Origin: an uncultured Mycoplasmatota bacterium
Lineage (GTDB): Bacteria; Bacillota_I; Bacilli_A; RF39; UBA660
Direction: 5' to 3'
NCBI GenBank assembly: GCA_900548695.1
Contig: URLC01000001.1
Coordinates: 239,577 to 271,576, forward strand
DNA length: 32,000 nucleotides
The first letter of the stretch is position 1. Every line of letters begins with the position of its first letter. A program made the translations under genes and the position numbers. Below the pieces are notes generated by a model that made no database searches, was not told the DNA's origin, and was given only the letters and a program-made list of their open reading frames with translations. Shown piece after piece: positions 1 to 9,877 of this stretch.

Positions 1-1125
1 AATGTTGATAGATTGGCTATTTCATGTGTTATGGAATTTGATCATGATGGGAAGCAAATAGACTATGATATTTTTCCAAGTGTTATCCGGTCGCGTATTC
101 AAATGACTTATAAGAAAGTTAACAGTATTTTGGAAAAAGATGTGATTCCAGAAGGTTATGAACCGTATGTCGATTCTTTAAAATTAATGGCAGAGCTATC
201 TAAAATTTTACGTAAGATGAAGGATAAGCGTGGTTATATTGATTTTGAAGTGGATGAGGCAAAAATTTTAGTTGATGAAAATTGCAAACCTACGGAAGTT
301 ATTTTAAGAGAAAGGGGTACTGGTGAGAAGTTAATTGAAGACTTTATGATTGCTGCAAATGAATGTGTTGCAACGCATATTTATTTTATGTCACTTCCTT
401 TTATTTATCGAGTACATGAAGTTCCTAAAGAAGAAAAACTTCGTAGTTACTTAGGCTTTGTTGGAAGCTTAGGTTATCAAGTACCGGGAGATTTAAAAGA
501 CAATAGTCCTAAAACTGTACAAAAAATTATTCATTTCTTAGAGGATAAGCCAGAGTTTAAAATTTTATCCAGTTTACTTTTAAGAAGTATGCAAAAAGCA
601 GTTTATCGTCCTGAGAATTTAGGTCATTATGGTCTTGCTAGTAAGTGTTATACACACTTTACTTCACCAATTAGACGTTATCCAGATACCACTGTTCATC
701 GTTTGTTACATACATATTTGTTTGATAAAAAATTAGATATGGGTACTATTCGTAAATGGGAGGAAAAATTAGTTTATATTTCAGAACATTCATCAGATCG
801 TGAACGTGCTAGTATTGATTGTGAACGTGAAGTTGAAGATATGAAAATGGCTGAGTATATGGAAAATCACATAGGAGAAGAGTTTGAAGGAATGATTTCT
901 TCTGTAACTAGTTTTGGTATGTTTATTGAATTAGATAATTTAATTGAAGGATTAGTTCCATTACGAGATATGAAAGACTTTTTTCATTATGATGAAGAGC
1001 ATATGACTTTAACTGGTGAAAAGAGTCATGTAAAATATACGATTGGTGAAAGGGTATTAATTAAAGTTGTTCGTGCTTCTAAGGAAGAGAAAACAATAGA
1101 TTTTGAGGTTGTAAGGAAGTTGTAG
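1..1125 (+). CDS. rnr: Ribonuclease R, C-terminal part (5' end lies outside the window)
   Basis: The frame is open from base 1. RNB-domain motif HFTSPIRRYPD is present, with a C-terminal S1-like segment (GEEFEGMISSVTSFGMFIELD). Sits in the conserved rnr-smpB neighbourhood. Confidence 0.9.
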   Translation, partial: NVDRLAISCVMEFDHDGKQIDYDIFPSVIRSRIQMTYKKVNSILEKDVIPEGYEPYVDSLKLMAELSKILRKMKDKRGYIDFEVDEAKILVDENCKPTEVILRERGTGEKLIEDFMIAANECVATHIYFMSLPFIYRVHEVPKEEKLRSYLGFVGSLGYQVPGDLKDNSPKTVQKIIHFLEDKPEFKILSSLLLRSMQKAVYRPENLGHYGLASKCYTHFTSPIRRYPDTTVHRLLHTYLFDKKLDMGTIRKWEEKLVYISEHSSDRERASIDCEREVEDMKMAEYMENHIGEEFEGMISSVTSFGMFIELDNLIEGLVPLRDMKDFFHYDEEHMTLTGEKSHVKYTIGERVLIKVVRASKEEKTIDFEVVRKL

Positions 1126-1126
1126 T

Positions 1127-2314
1127 ATGGCAAAGAAAAAAGTTAGAAAGTTAAAGAAAGAAGTTAAAGTCTTGTTTGTTGTTTGTATATTGATATTAGG
1201 ACTTTCTGTTTATTTTTTTACTTCTAACTTTTCTTTTAGTAAATATAAGGAAGATAAAAGAGTAGTAAAAAAGGAAGAAAAACTTAAATATCCACAGGAA
1301 TATTCTTTTGACTTGTTTATGGTTGGAGATGCTTTAATACACAGTTCAGTCTATGAAGATGCTCATCTTGATTCTGGAAAATATGACTTTAAACCAATGT
1401 TACAGTATATTAAACCTATTTCTTCACAGTATGATTTAGCTTATTATAATCAAGAAACAATTTTGGGTGGAGAAGATCTTGGTTATTCTAACTATCCTTG
1501 TTTTAATTCTCCTGATGCAGTAGGAGATGCTTTTATAGATGCTGGATTTAATCTTGTTTCACTCGCAACTAATCATACGATGGATCAGGGAGAAAGAGGA
1601 GTGTTGCATTCTGTTGATTATTGGTCTAGTAAAAAGAATATAGTTTGGGATGGTCAAAGAAATTCCTGGGAAGAAAGAAATAAGGAACGTATTTACGAAA
1701 AGAATGGTATTAAGTATGCTTTTTTTTCGTATACTACGTGGACTAATGGATTGGAAACCCCAACTGGAAAAGAGTATTTAAATAATGTTTATAGTCCAGA
1801 AAAAGCCAAGGCAGATATTGATAAAATTCGTGATAAAGTTGATTTGATTATTGTGGCAATGCACTGGGGAACAGAATATTCTTTAGATATTTCTGCTGAA
1901 CAAAAGGAGATTGCTAATTATTTATCCTCTTTAGGAGTACAATTAATTATTGGAAGTCATCCTCATGTAGTAGAACCTGTAGAATATATTAATGATGGAA
2001 AAACTTTTGTTATTTATTCTTTAGGTAATTTTATTTCTGATCAGGCTGGAATAGAAAGACTAATTGGGCTTTCGATGGAAGTTATGGTAAAAAAAGTAGT
2101 GGAAGAGGATGGTACTACTTTGAAGATAGAAAATCCAAAAGCAGAATTAATTTATACAAAATCTAATTATGGAAGAAAGAGAAATTTTAGAGTTTATCCA
2201 TATTCAAATTTAAATGACTCGATTCTTTCTAATTATTCTACTTATTATAATAAATATAAAAATATCGTTAGTTCTCAATATCCAGATCTTGTATGGGGAC
2301 TTAGCAGGAGTTGA
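1127..2314 (+). CDS. CapA/PGA_cap-family metallophosphatase-like protein with an N-terminal membrane anchor
   Basis: K-rich N-terminus followed by a TM helix. Motifs GDALIH, ATNH, HWGTEY and GSHPHV are typical of CapA-type calcineurin-like phosphoesterases. Start is 2 nt after the rnr stop. Confidence 0.7.
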   Translation: MAKKKVRKLKKEVKVLFVVCILILGLSVYFFTSNFSFSKYKEDKRVVKKEEKLKYPQEYSFDLFMVGDALIHSSVYEDAHLDSGKYDFKPMLQYIKPISSQYDLAYYNQETILGGEDLGYSNYPCFNSPDAVGDAFIDAGFNLVSLATNHTMDQGERGVLHSVDYWSSKKNIVWDGQRNSWEERNKERIYEKNGIKYAFFSYTTWTNGLETPTGKEYLNNVYSPEKAKADIDKIRDKVDLIIVAMHWGTEYSLDISAEQKEIANYLSSLGVQLIIGSHPHVVEPVEYINDGKTFVIYSLGNFISDQAGIERLIGLSMEVMVKKVVEEDGTTLKIENPKAELIYTKSNYGRKRNFRVYPYSNLNDSILSNYSTYYNKYKNIVSSQYPDLVWGLSRS

Positions 2315-2318
2315 TTAG

Positions 2319-2759
2319 ATGGAAATTTTAAATAGAAAAGCAAAATATGATTATTTTGTTGAAGCAGTATATGAAGCTGGTATTGCGTTAACTGGAACAG
2401 AAATAAAATCGATTCGTAATGGAAATTGTAATATTAAAGATTGCTATGGAATTGTTAAAAATCATGAAGTATATCTTTTAAATATGTATGTTGCTCCTTA
2501 CAAAGAAGGTAATATTTTTAATCATGAAGAAAGTCGTAGTCGTAAGTTATTACTTCATAAAAAAGAAATAAAAAAGATAGAAGATGCAATCCAATTAAAG
2601 GGACTTACATTAGTACCTATCAAGCTTTATTTTAAAGATAATAGATTAAAAGTAGCTTTGGGAATTTGTCGAGGTAAGAAAGACTATGATAAACGTGAAG
2701 CCATTAAAGAAAGAGATATTAAGAAAGAAACGTTAAGAAATATTAAAAATTATTCATAA
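2319..2759 (+). CDS. smpB: SsrA-binding protein SmpB
   Basis: 146 aa. Characteristic NRKAKYDY...GTEIKS...RSRKLLLHKKEI sequence, located downstream of rnr. Confidence 0.95.
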   Translation: MEILNRKAKYDYFVEAVYEAGIALTGTEIKSIRNGNCNIKDCYGIVKNHEVYLLNMYVAPYKEGNIFNHEESRSRKLLLHKKEIKKIEDAIQLKGLTLVPIKLYFKDNRLKVALGICRGKKDYDKREAIKERDIKKETLRNIKNYS

Positions 2760-2760
2760 A

Positions 2761-2787
2761 AAAAGACATTATTTTGATGTCTTTTTT
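2761..2787. terminator. Bidirectional intrinsic terminator between the convergent smpB and the 2769-3239 gene
   Basis: Stem AAAAGACAT (2761-2769) pairs with ATGTCTTTT (2777-2785) around a 7-nt loop. A-run on the left and T-run on the right. Confidence 0.6.
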
Positions 2788-3239
2788 GTTTTAGATTTGG
2801 TGCGTTCTTTACTTTTTGTTTTTTTCTTTCCTCTAGTTTTGGCTTTTATTGCTTCTATTTTTTTTAATTCTTTTTCTGCTACCACAGCTAAATAATAGAT
2901 TCCAGCTCCTAATATTACAGCTATACAATCAAAATTATTAAAAATCTTTTGGTTTATTTGAATATATATTAATGATACTATTCCAAATAATGCTAGAGCT
3001 AAAGCAATGTTTTTAGTCACAGTATATTTTCTTGTGAAAGTAGTAATTCCACCACTGATTGCTAGAATAGATATGATATATGATAAGATGATATTAATTA
3101 TTTCATGGTGTTCATGGCCTGGGAAAACACCTATTATATTTCCTGTTATTGTTAGAGTTCCTAATATGGCGTATGCTATACCGAAGATAATCATAACTAT
3201 TCCTAAAAATTTTAAAGCTCCATTTTGTTCTTTTTCCAT
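2769..3239 (-). CDS. Hypothetical multi-pass membrane protein with a lysine-rich C-terminal tail
   Basis: Four hydrophobic segments. C-terminus is KAKTRGKKKTKSKERTKSKTKKTSK. No recognisable family. Confidence 0.55.
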   Translation of the reverse strand: MEKEQNGALKFLGIVMIIFGIAYAILGTLTITGNIIGVFPGHEHHEIINIILSYIISILAISGGITTFTRKYTVTKNIALALALFGIVSLIYIQINQKIFNNFDCIAVILGAGIYYLAVVAEKELKKIEAIKAKTRGKKKTKSKERTKSKTKKTSK

Positions 3240-3315
3240 TTTTATACCTCACTTTATTTTCTATACTTATACTATTACTATACTATTTTTTGACGTCTTT
3301 TTCAAATTTTAATTC

Positions 3316-4080
3316 TTACATTTTGTCAACTGGTGCTAATAAAATTTTACCAGTTCCACGGAATACATTGACTAAGCCTTCACCTGATGCGGCTGAACCG
3401 ACTAGTGTTTTTCCTGAACGTTCAACGGTAAAGGTAAGACTGCCACTCCATGCAATAGCCATATTACCATCGATTTTTAGTACATCATTTTGTAGTTCTA
3501 TCTCAATTAATTCTTCTTGTGGACAAGGAGATTCAATGCATAATATTCCTTTTCCTTCTATACCTAGGTTAAATAGACCTTCATTACCAGCAACAGCTGA
3601 TGAAATATTACTACGCATGACGGCTTTTTGTTGTAGATTGGATTCACAAGCTAAAAATAGACCATCATCTAAAACAATTGAACCATTCCAGTTTTCTAAG
3701 TTTAATAGTATTATGTGACGGTAGGTCGGTTCTAAAACCATTATCCCATCTCCAGTGTATTCTGGTTTGATGGCTGATTCACCAGTGACTTTTCCTCTTA
3801 CTGCTTTTGAAAGTAAGTCACCAACCCCTTTTAGACCAGTTGTAGCATTAACGTTTCCTACCATCCATTGCATTGTTCCTGATTGAACGGTTACTGATGA
3901 TATGGCTAGATTACAAATTAATTGTCTTTTTCTAACATTCATTAAGTTACTAAAGTAACTTATTTCTGCAGTGGCTGGAGTAACGCTTAAGTCTCTTACA
4001 TATTCAATTACTTTAAATGGTCCTAATTCTCCGATAATTCTAATATCATTATTGTTTGTAAAATTTGATATTTTGTACAT
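3316..4080 (-). CDS. AIM24-family (DUF124/TIGR00266-like) protein
   Basis: 254 aa. The overall pattern (...GSGEGLVNVFRGTGKILLAP C-terminus, repeated beta-rich G-x-G segments) matches my recollection of AIM24-family proteins. GGAGG-like RBS (aagaggtg) upstream of the ATG. Confidence 0.65.
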   Translation of the reverse strand: MYKISNFTNNNDIRIIGELGPFKVIEYVRDLSVTPATAEISYFSNLMNVRKRQLICNLAISSVTVQSGTMQWMVGNVNATTGLKGVGDLLSKAVRGKVTGESAIKPEYTGDGIMVLEPTYRHIILLNLENWNGSIVLDDGLFLACESNLQQKAVMRSNISSAVAGNEGLFNLGIEGKGILCIESPCPQEELIEIELQNDVLKIDGNMAIAWSGSLTFTVERSGKTLVGSAASGEGLVNVFRGTGKILLAPVDKM

Positions 4081-4154
4081 ATAACACCTCTTTTTTATTT
4101 TATAGTTTTATTATAGCTAATAATTATTTTATCTACAAGGCGTTTTCTGTATAG

Positions 4155-4181
4155 AAAAAGACTAGAATATTAGTCTTTTTT
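4155..4181. terminator. Strong 10-bp hairpin with A/T runs on both sides, in a divergent intergenic region
   Basis: AAAAAGACTA (4155-4164), loop gaatat, TAGTCTTTTT (4171-4180). Lies upstream of both the AIM24-family gene and srtB, so it terminates neither; probable insulator. Confidence 0.45.
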
Positions 4182-4267
4182 ATTTCAATTTATTTTTTTT
4201 GAGAAATTTAACATACTATTTTACATAACATTATTATTTTATAAGATAATATTATTGAGGTGGCTAA

Positions 4268-4948
4268 ATGAAGAGAAAATGGAGAATTCTTTTTTTGATA
4301 AGTATTGTTGTAATTTTAATAACTTCTTTTAATATTTTTAAGTATTATTATGGTTATAAAAATGAAAGTGATGTTTTAAATCATATGGCTAAGGGAAAAA
4401 TGGACACATTATATCAAATTAATTCGGATGTTGTTGGGGTTATTGTAGTTTCAAATACAGATATTAATTATCCTATTGTTAAAGGTAGTGATAATAGTTA
4501 TTATTTAAATCATTCTTTTACTAAAGAAAGTAGTAAGAGAGGAGCAATATTTTTAGATTATCGTAATGATTTAAATAATTTAAGTCGTAACAATATTATT
4601 TATGGTCATGGTTTGGTTGATAATACGATGTTTGGTAGTTTGGATAATTTAATTGATTCTAAAACAGATCCTTGTTATATAAAAATAATTACTAATAATA
4701 GTAGAATGATATTTAAAGTTTTTAGTGTTTATACAATAGAAAAAGAAGGTTATTATATTAAGACTTATTTTAGTAATGATAATTATTTTAAGCAGTTTTT
4801 AGATACAATTATGAAAAGAAGTATTTATGATTTTGATATGGAAGTTGATGTTTATGATAAAATATTAACTCTTTCTACTTGTAAAAATGATTTTGGAAAA
4901 AGGATTGTTGTTCACGCTAAATTATTAAAAAAAGAAGAAATTAGTTAG
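4268..4948 (+). CDS. srtB: Class B sortase
   Basis: N-terminal TM anchor, IIYGHG (catalytic His region), LTLSTC (catalytic Cys TLxTC motif). Length and layout are typical of SrtB. RBS gaggtgg upstream. Confidence 0.8.
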   Translation: MKRKWRILFLISIVVILITSFNIFKYYYGYKNESDVLNHMAKGKMDTLYQINSDVVGVIVVSNTDINYPIVKGSDNSYYLNHSFTKESSKRGAIFLDYRNDLNNLSRNNIIYGHGLVDNTMFGSLDNLIDSKTDPCYIKIITNNSRMIFKVFSVYTIEKEGYYIKTYFSNDNYFKQFLDTIMKRSIYDFDMEVDVYDKILTLSTCKNDFGKRIVVHAKLLKKEEIS

Positions 4949-5702
4949 TTTCTTCCTTTTTGAAAATTTTAGGTATGCTATAACTTGATAAAATTGTAAA
5001 GATAGTTAAAAAGAAAATATTTAATAATAATCGATCACTTGTTTCCGGATTATTAATAGATTCTTCTAGTTGGTTTATTTCATCAAGAGATAGCTCTTCG
5101 CCAGAAGTTAAATTGAATTTTGTGTTACCAATTGTTATTGAAGCATCTGTTGTATCTTTCGGTACCCAAATAGTAGGTTTATCAGCAGATTCTGTTGTAT
5201 TGATAATTTCAGCGTTATTATTTACAGTTAGATTAGGTGATGTGGTAACACCTTGGCCTTTACCAAGTTCAATTCCACCAAAACCATTACCAGAAACATC
5301 AATTTTACCATCGAAAGTTGCGTGCCCACCATTTATTAGTAGTCCGGCATTACCACCAGTTAGTTTGATATTTTTTAAGGTAACATTGCTTTTATAAACT
5401 TGTAATACATATATTCCACCCCAGACTGTATTATCTTTGCTGCTACTTTGTCCGAATGTTCCTACATATTTAATAGTTTTATTATTTCCATCGATTATAA
5501 CATCTCTCATTATATTAATTTTTTCAGTTGTTTCTATATCACTGCCTAAAGTGATTGTAGAAATATTACTATCATTTAAAGCATCTATAAGTTCTTTTTG
5601 ATTATTGACAATTTTATTAGTTGCTGCTTTTACACTTATAGTAGGAGCTAATATAATAGTTAATATTAAAATCAATAGAAATTTACTTAAATTCTTCTTC
5701 AT
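4941..5702 (-). CDS. Secreted surface protein (beta-helix-like G/N-rich repeats) with a C-terminal sorting signal NPETS + TM + basic tail; probable SrtB substrate
   Basis: I place the start at ATG 5702, which is preceded by GGAGGAAAAAG, not at 5789. Signal peptide MKKNLSKFLLILILTIILAPTISVKA. C-terminus is NPETSD-LLLNIFFLTIFTILSSY-KIFKKEE. Convergent with and overlapping srtB by 8 nt. Confidence 0.7.
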   Translation of the reverse strand: MKKNLSKFLLILILTIILAPTISVKAATNKIVNNQKELIDALNDSNISTITLGSDIETTEKINIMRDVIIDGNNKTIKYVGTFGQSSSKDNTVWGGIYVLQVYKSNVTLKNIKLTGGNAGLLINGGHATFDGKIDVSGNGFGGIELGKGQGVTTSPNLTVNNNAEIINTTESADKPTIWVPKDTTDASITIGNTKFNLTSGEELSLDEINQLEESINNPETSDRLLLNIFFLTIFTILSSYSIPKIFKKEETN

Positions 5703-6118
5703 CTTTTTCCTCCTTTCTGTTATTAGTGTTGGTCTACTGCAAAATAATATGCAAAAAAATTGTCTAATTATATAAGTAGTTTTTTCCAAAAGTTAGTTAA
5801 TAAAATTTTTACAAAATAAAAAAGTACGATTATACTTTTTGGTTTTATGCAATGGTGTAAAATATACACTTAATTTTTAAATGGTGGAAGAGATGTAGTA
5901 ATCTCTAACTTTTTCCTTGGAATAATAAATATAAAGTTTAATGAAATTTGTACTTTTACTTAAATCATTTTTAAATATTTATAGTATAATTAGAGCATAG
6001 GTGGGTGACAAAATAATGACTGATGAAGAAGTAAGGTTATATTATGGCGAAAATTTTTTTTTAAAATAAACAAAATTAAAATAATTTATGGTAAAATTCT
6101 TACGAAAGGAAGTAAATA

Positions 6119-6730
6119 ATGAAAATACACCATTATAATGATGAATACACTAGCAAAAATGGGATTAACGGAGTAAAAGAATTTGCTCTTGCGTTAATAT
6201 TTGGACTTTTAATACTTGTACCTGTTATATTAGCATCAATTGAAACTATATCTTGGTTATATGCAATAATTTGCATAATTATATTACTTTTATTAGTAAT
6301 ATATTTCATTAGAAAAGTTGGAGTAATAAATAAAGCTTCAATGTCAGTAATAATAGAAGATGGTGATGAATTATATTATATGATGATATCCCCAAATTTA
6401 AGAGGAAGTATGTTTCCAAAGTCTTTTAGTGCGCTTCTAGCTGGGTCATCAGCTACATATGTCGAAAATAAAATTGACGCAGAAGCAACAGCTATTGTAT
6501 TAGCAAGTGATGATAATCTTATAAAAGCTCTATTTGAATTATACAAGAATGATGAAATTAAAACTTCTTTTGATACAATAATGTATGGAAAACCAATTTA
6601 TGTTTCAAAATTATTAAATCAAGATTTTAAAAAAGAAAATAAAAAAATATATAAAGTAAATTGTGTTAAAGATAATGGAAAAACTACAAGAGTTAAAATT
6701 CCAAGAGCATTTCCAACATATTTCAATTAA
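6119..6730 (+). CDS. Hypothetical membrane protein (two N-terminal TM helices)
   Basis: RBS aaaggaag upstream of the ATG. No recognisable family. Confidence 0.5.
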   Translation: MKIHHYNDEYTSKNGINGVKEFALALIFGLLILVPVILASIETISWLYAIICIIILLLLVIYFIRKVGVINKASMSVIIEDGDELYYMMISPNLRGSMFPKSFSALLAGSSATYVENKIDAEATAIVLASDDNLIKALFELYKNDEIKTSFDTIMYGKPIYVSKLLNQDFKKENKKIYKVNCVKDNGKTTRVKIPRAFPTYFN

Positions 6731-7048
6731 TTTTTATTTTAATTATTGTCATTTTGAAAATAAAAAATATATTTACATTAACATATATAATTTGCTTTTA
6801 TAAATGCAATTGAAATAGTTTAAAAAGGAATTTTCTCTTTGCACACCGATATTGTTTCAGCCAATAGCGGCGTGTGTTATTATAATTGAATTTAAAATCG
6901 AGCATTTGAAATTTACTCGATTTTTTTCTGTATATTAATATCTCTATCATCATAATCGTACTCATTAGAATATAAACAATCATTATTTTTATTATTTAAT
7001 TTTTATTATTAACTTAATTGTTGGACATATTTTTGTTTTTAAATAATT

Positions 7049-7070
7049 AAAAAACTAACATTTCTGTTAG
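7049..7070 (-). terminator. Intrinsic terminator downstream of ssrA
   Basis: On the minus strand: CTAACA-gaaa-TGTTAG followed by TTTTTT (plus-strand A-run 7049-7054). Confidence 0.5.
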
Positions 7071-7116
7071 TAATTTATTACTCTCGAATTATTAAAAATT
7101 CGAGTTTCTTATCATA

Positions 7117-7496
7117 TGGTGGAGCTGAGGAGAATCGAACTCCTGTCCGAAAATAGAGCTACATAAACTTCTACAAGTTTAGTTAACTAGTTACTTTCGT
7201 ATACTATTCAAGTAGTTAACGACCAAAATAATATACTATCCCGATCATTCTTTCTATTCTTTGGGAAGAGAATAGCTATAACCTATGAATTATGAACCTT
7301 CAATTATTTCCTAGGTAAGAAATAAAAGAAAGCGCAGGCCTTTAAATTATTAGGCAAATGCTACTGCTTGGTTTCCACCAAACATGTTAGCAACTGCATT
7401 TTTAATTTTATTTGCATTTATTTTTTTGTATCCGTGACGTGGACATTCGACTTGCCATCTATGCTCTCATATTCCCGTCGAAACCGTGTCAGCCCC
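7117..7496 (-). ncRNA. ssrA: tmRNA (SsrA)
   Basis: Minus-strand 5' end GGGGCTGACACGGTTTCGACGGG. 3' end GGAGTTCGATTCTCCTCAGCTCCACCA (tRNA-Ala-like T-arm and acceptor with CCA). Internal tag ORF at 7353-7415 reads GCA...GCC TAA TAA, giving ANKIKNAVANMFGGNQAVAFA. The choice of resume codon is inferred. Confidence 0.9.
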
Positions 7497-7576
7497 ATGT
7501 AGGTAAATTATATCATAAAATAGTGAAAAAATCTATATGTAAAAATATGAAAAAAAGTGTCTATTTTTATAATATG

Positions 7577-7607
7577 TGCATGGAAATATAGGTGTTTATG
7601 GTATAAT
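7577..7607 (+). promoter_or_regulatory. Candidate extended -10 promoter for pflB
   Basis: TGgTATAAT at 7599-7607. The -35 is only weak (tgcatg/catgga). Confidence 0.35.
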
Positions 7608-7631
7608 ATGTATGGAAAGGTGGATAGATTA

Positions 7632-9875
7632 ATGAATTTCAAAGAAGAATGGAAAGAGTTTAATGAAGGTTCATGGTGTAATGAAATCAACGTTAGTGAT
7701 TTCATTAAGAATAACTACGTTGCTTATGATGGTAATGAAGAGTTTTTAAGTGGACCTACAGATAAAACAAAAAGAGTTTTAAAAGTATATGAAGACATGT
7801 GTTTAGAAGAAGTAAAAAAACATGTTATTGATATTGATGTAGATCATCCGGCAGGAATTAATGCTTTTAAACCTGGATATATTAGTGAAGATGATGATGT
7901 TATTGTTGGTCTTCAAACTGATAAATTGGGTAAGAGAAGTATTGTTCCTAAGGGTGGAATAAAAATGGTTTATCAAGAACTAGAAGCTTATGGATATAAG
8001 ATGAATGAAGCTCTTGAAAACTTTATTAAAGGAACAAATTTAGTAAAGACTCATAACGATGGAGTTTTTGATGCTTATACTAATGAAATTAGAACTGCAC
8101 GTCATGTTAAATTGTTAACAGGGCTTCCTGATGCCTATGGACGTGGAAGAATCATTGGGGATTATCGTAGAATTGCTCTTTATGGTATCGATTATTTAAT
8201 GGAACAAAAGAAGAGTGATTGGGATAATATGAAGATTTCTGTCATGGATGATGAAACTATTCGTTTACGTGAAGAAATCTCAATGCAATATAGAGCATTA
8301 AAAGAAATTAAAGATATGGCTGCTAGCTATAATATGGATATTTCTAAACCAGCAAAAAATGCTAAAGAAGCCGTTCAATGGACTTATTTTGGATATTTAG
8401 CTGCTATTAAAGAAGATAATGGTGCGGCTATGTCTTTAGGAAGAGTAGATGCTTTCTTTGATATTTATTTTGAAAGAGATATTAAAAATGGGTTATTAAC
8501 AGAAGAAGAAGCTCAGGAAATTATTGACCAGTTTGTTATTAAATTAAGAGCTGCAAGACATTTAAGAACACCAGATTATGATGAATTATTCTCTGGGGAT
8601 CCAACATGGGTTACTTGTTCTTTGGGTGGTATCAGCACTGATGGTAAATCAATGGTTACTAAGACCTCTTATCGTATTGTTCATACATTGGAAAATTTGG
8701 AAAGTGCACCAGAACCAAATATGACTATTTTATGGGCACAAAATTTACCAGAAAATTGGAAAAAATACTGTTCTAAGATTAGTATTGCAACAGATTCAAT
8801 TCAATATGAAAATGATGATGTAATGCGTCCAAGTATGGGTGATGATTATGCTATTGCTTGTTGTGTTTCTGCCATGCGTGTTGGTAAAGATATGCAATTT
8901 TTTGGAGCTCGTTGTAATTTAGCAAAAACATTACTTTATGCTATTAATGGTGGTGTTGATGAAGTTAAGCGTCAATTAGTTATTCCAGGATTTGAAAAAA
9001 TGACTGATGAAGTATTAGATTATGATAAAGTTAAGACTGCATATTTTAAGATGATGCATGAAGTTGCTAGAATTTATGCGGATGCTATGAATATTATTCA
9101 TTACATGCATGATAAATATGCTTATGAAGCAGGGCAAATGGCGTTACATGATACTTATGTTAATCGTTTGATGGCTTATGGAGTTGCAGGATTTTCGGTA
9201 GCTGTAGATTCTCTTTCTGCTATTAAATATGCTAAAGTTAAACCAATTCGTGATGAAGAGGGAATTACTGTTGATTTTGAAATTGAGGGAGATTATCCAA
9301 AATATGGTAATGATGATGATAGAGTAGATGCAATTGGTAAAGAGATTCTTGATGTATTCTATAAAGAATTAAGTTCTCATCCATGTTATAGAAATGCTCA
9401 TCCAACATTATCAGTACTTACTATTACGTCTAATGTAGTATATGGTTCAAACACTGGTGCTACTCCAGATGGTAGAAAAGCTGGTGTTGCGTTTGCTCCA
9501 GGTGCTAACCCAATGCATGGAAGAGATCAAAGTGGGGCTATTGCTTCTTTAAACTCTGTAGCTAAGCTTGATTGGGCTAATTGTTGTAGAGATGGTATTT
9601 CTAATACATTCTCTGTTATTCCTAGTGCTTTAGGACAAACAGAAGAAGAAAGAGTAGAAAACTTAGTTAATTTAATGGATGGATATTTTTCACAAGGAGC
9701 TCATCACTTAAATGTTAATGTTTTAAATCGTGAAACATTAATTGATGCGATGAATAATCCAGATAAATACCCATTACTTACTATTCGTGTATCTGGTTAT
9801 GCTGTTAGATTTAATAAATTAACAAGAAAGCAACAAGAAGAAGTAATTGCTAGAACATTCCATGAGAAAATATAA
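7632..9875 (+). CDS. pflB: Pyruvate formate-lyase (formate C-acetyltransferase)
   Basis: Start moved to ATG 7632 (RBS aaggtgg); the ORF-track N-terminus overlaps the promoter. Active-site IACCVSAM (Cys-Cys) and glycyl-radical motif [11 protein letters not shown]. Confidence 0.95.
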   Translation: MNFKEEWKEFNEGSWCNEINVSDFIKNNYVAYDGNEEFLSGPTDKTKRVLKVYEDMCLEEVKKHVIDIDVDHPAGINAFKPGYISEDDDVIVGLQTDKLGKRSIVPKGGIKMVYQELEAYGYKMNEALENFIKGTNLVKTHNDGVFDAYTNEIRTARHVKLLTGLPDAYGRGRIIGDYRRIALYGIDYLMEQKKSDWDNMKISVMDDETIRLREEISMQYRALKEIKDMAASYNMDISKPAKNAKEAVQWTYFGYLAAIKEDNGAAMSLGRVDAFFDIYFERDIKNGLLTEEEAQEIIDQFVIKLRAARHLRTPDYDELFSGDPTWVTCSLGGISTDGKSMVTKTSYRIVHTLENLESAPEPNMTILWAQNLPENWKKYCSKISIATDSIQYENDDVMRPSMGDDYAIACCVSAMRVGKDMQFFGARCNLAKTLLYAINGGVDEVKRQLVIPGFEKMTDEVLDYDKVKTAYFKMMHEVARIYADAMNIIHYMHDKYAYEAGQMALHDTYVNRLMAYGVAGFSVAVDSLSAIKYAKVKPIRDEEGITVDFEIEGDYPKYGNDDDRVDAIGKEILDVFYKELSSHPCYRNAHPTLSVLTITSNVVYGSNTGATPDGRKAGVAFAPGANPMHGRDQSGAIASLNSVAKLDWANCCRDGISNTFSVIPSALGQTEEERVENLVNLMDGYFSQGAHHLNVNVLNRETLIDAMNNPDKYPLLTIRVSGYAVRFNKLTRKQQEEVIARTFHEKI

Positions 9876-9877
9876 TT

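Noticed and set aside
3007-3718. Plus-strand ORFs 3007-3312 and 3290-3718
   Set aside because: They are antisense to the membrane-protein and AIM24-family genes. Their composition is low-complexity or odd, and they lack an RBS.
4155-4181. The 10-bp hairpin between the divergent AIM24-family gene and srtB could be a riboswitch or attenuator
   Set aside because: It lies upstream of the candidate promoter of the leftward gene (minus strand TTGTAG-17-TATAAT at about 4108-4140). There is no conserved aptamer-like structure around it, so it is more likely an insulating bidirectional terminator.
5113-5397. Plus-strand ORF 5113-5397
   Set aside because: Shadow ORF antisense to the sortase-substrate gene.
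6798-7705. Minus-strand ORFs 6798-6983 and 7508-7705, and the long N-terminal extension of the pflB ORF (7557-7631)
   Set aside because: They lie in AT-rich intergenic and promoter DNA or overlap the tmRNA flank. pflB has a clear RBS and a conserved N-terminus at 7632.
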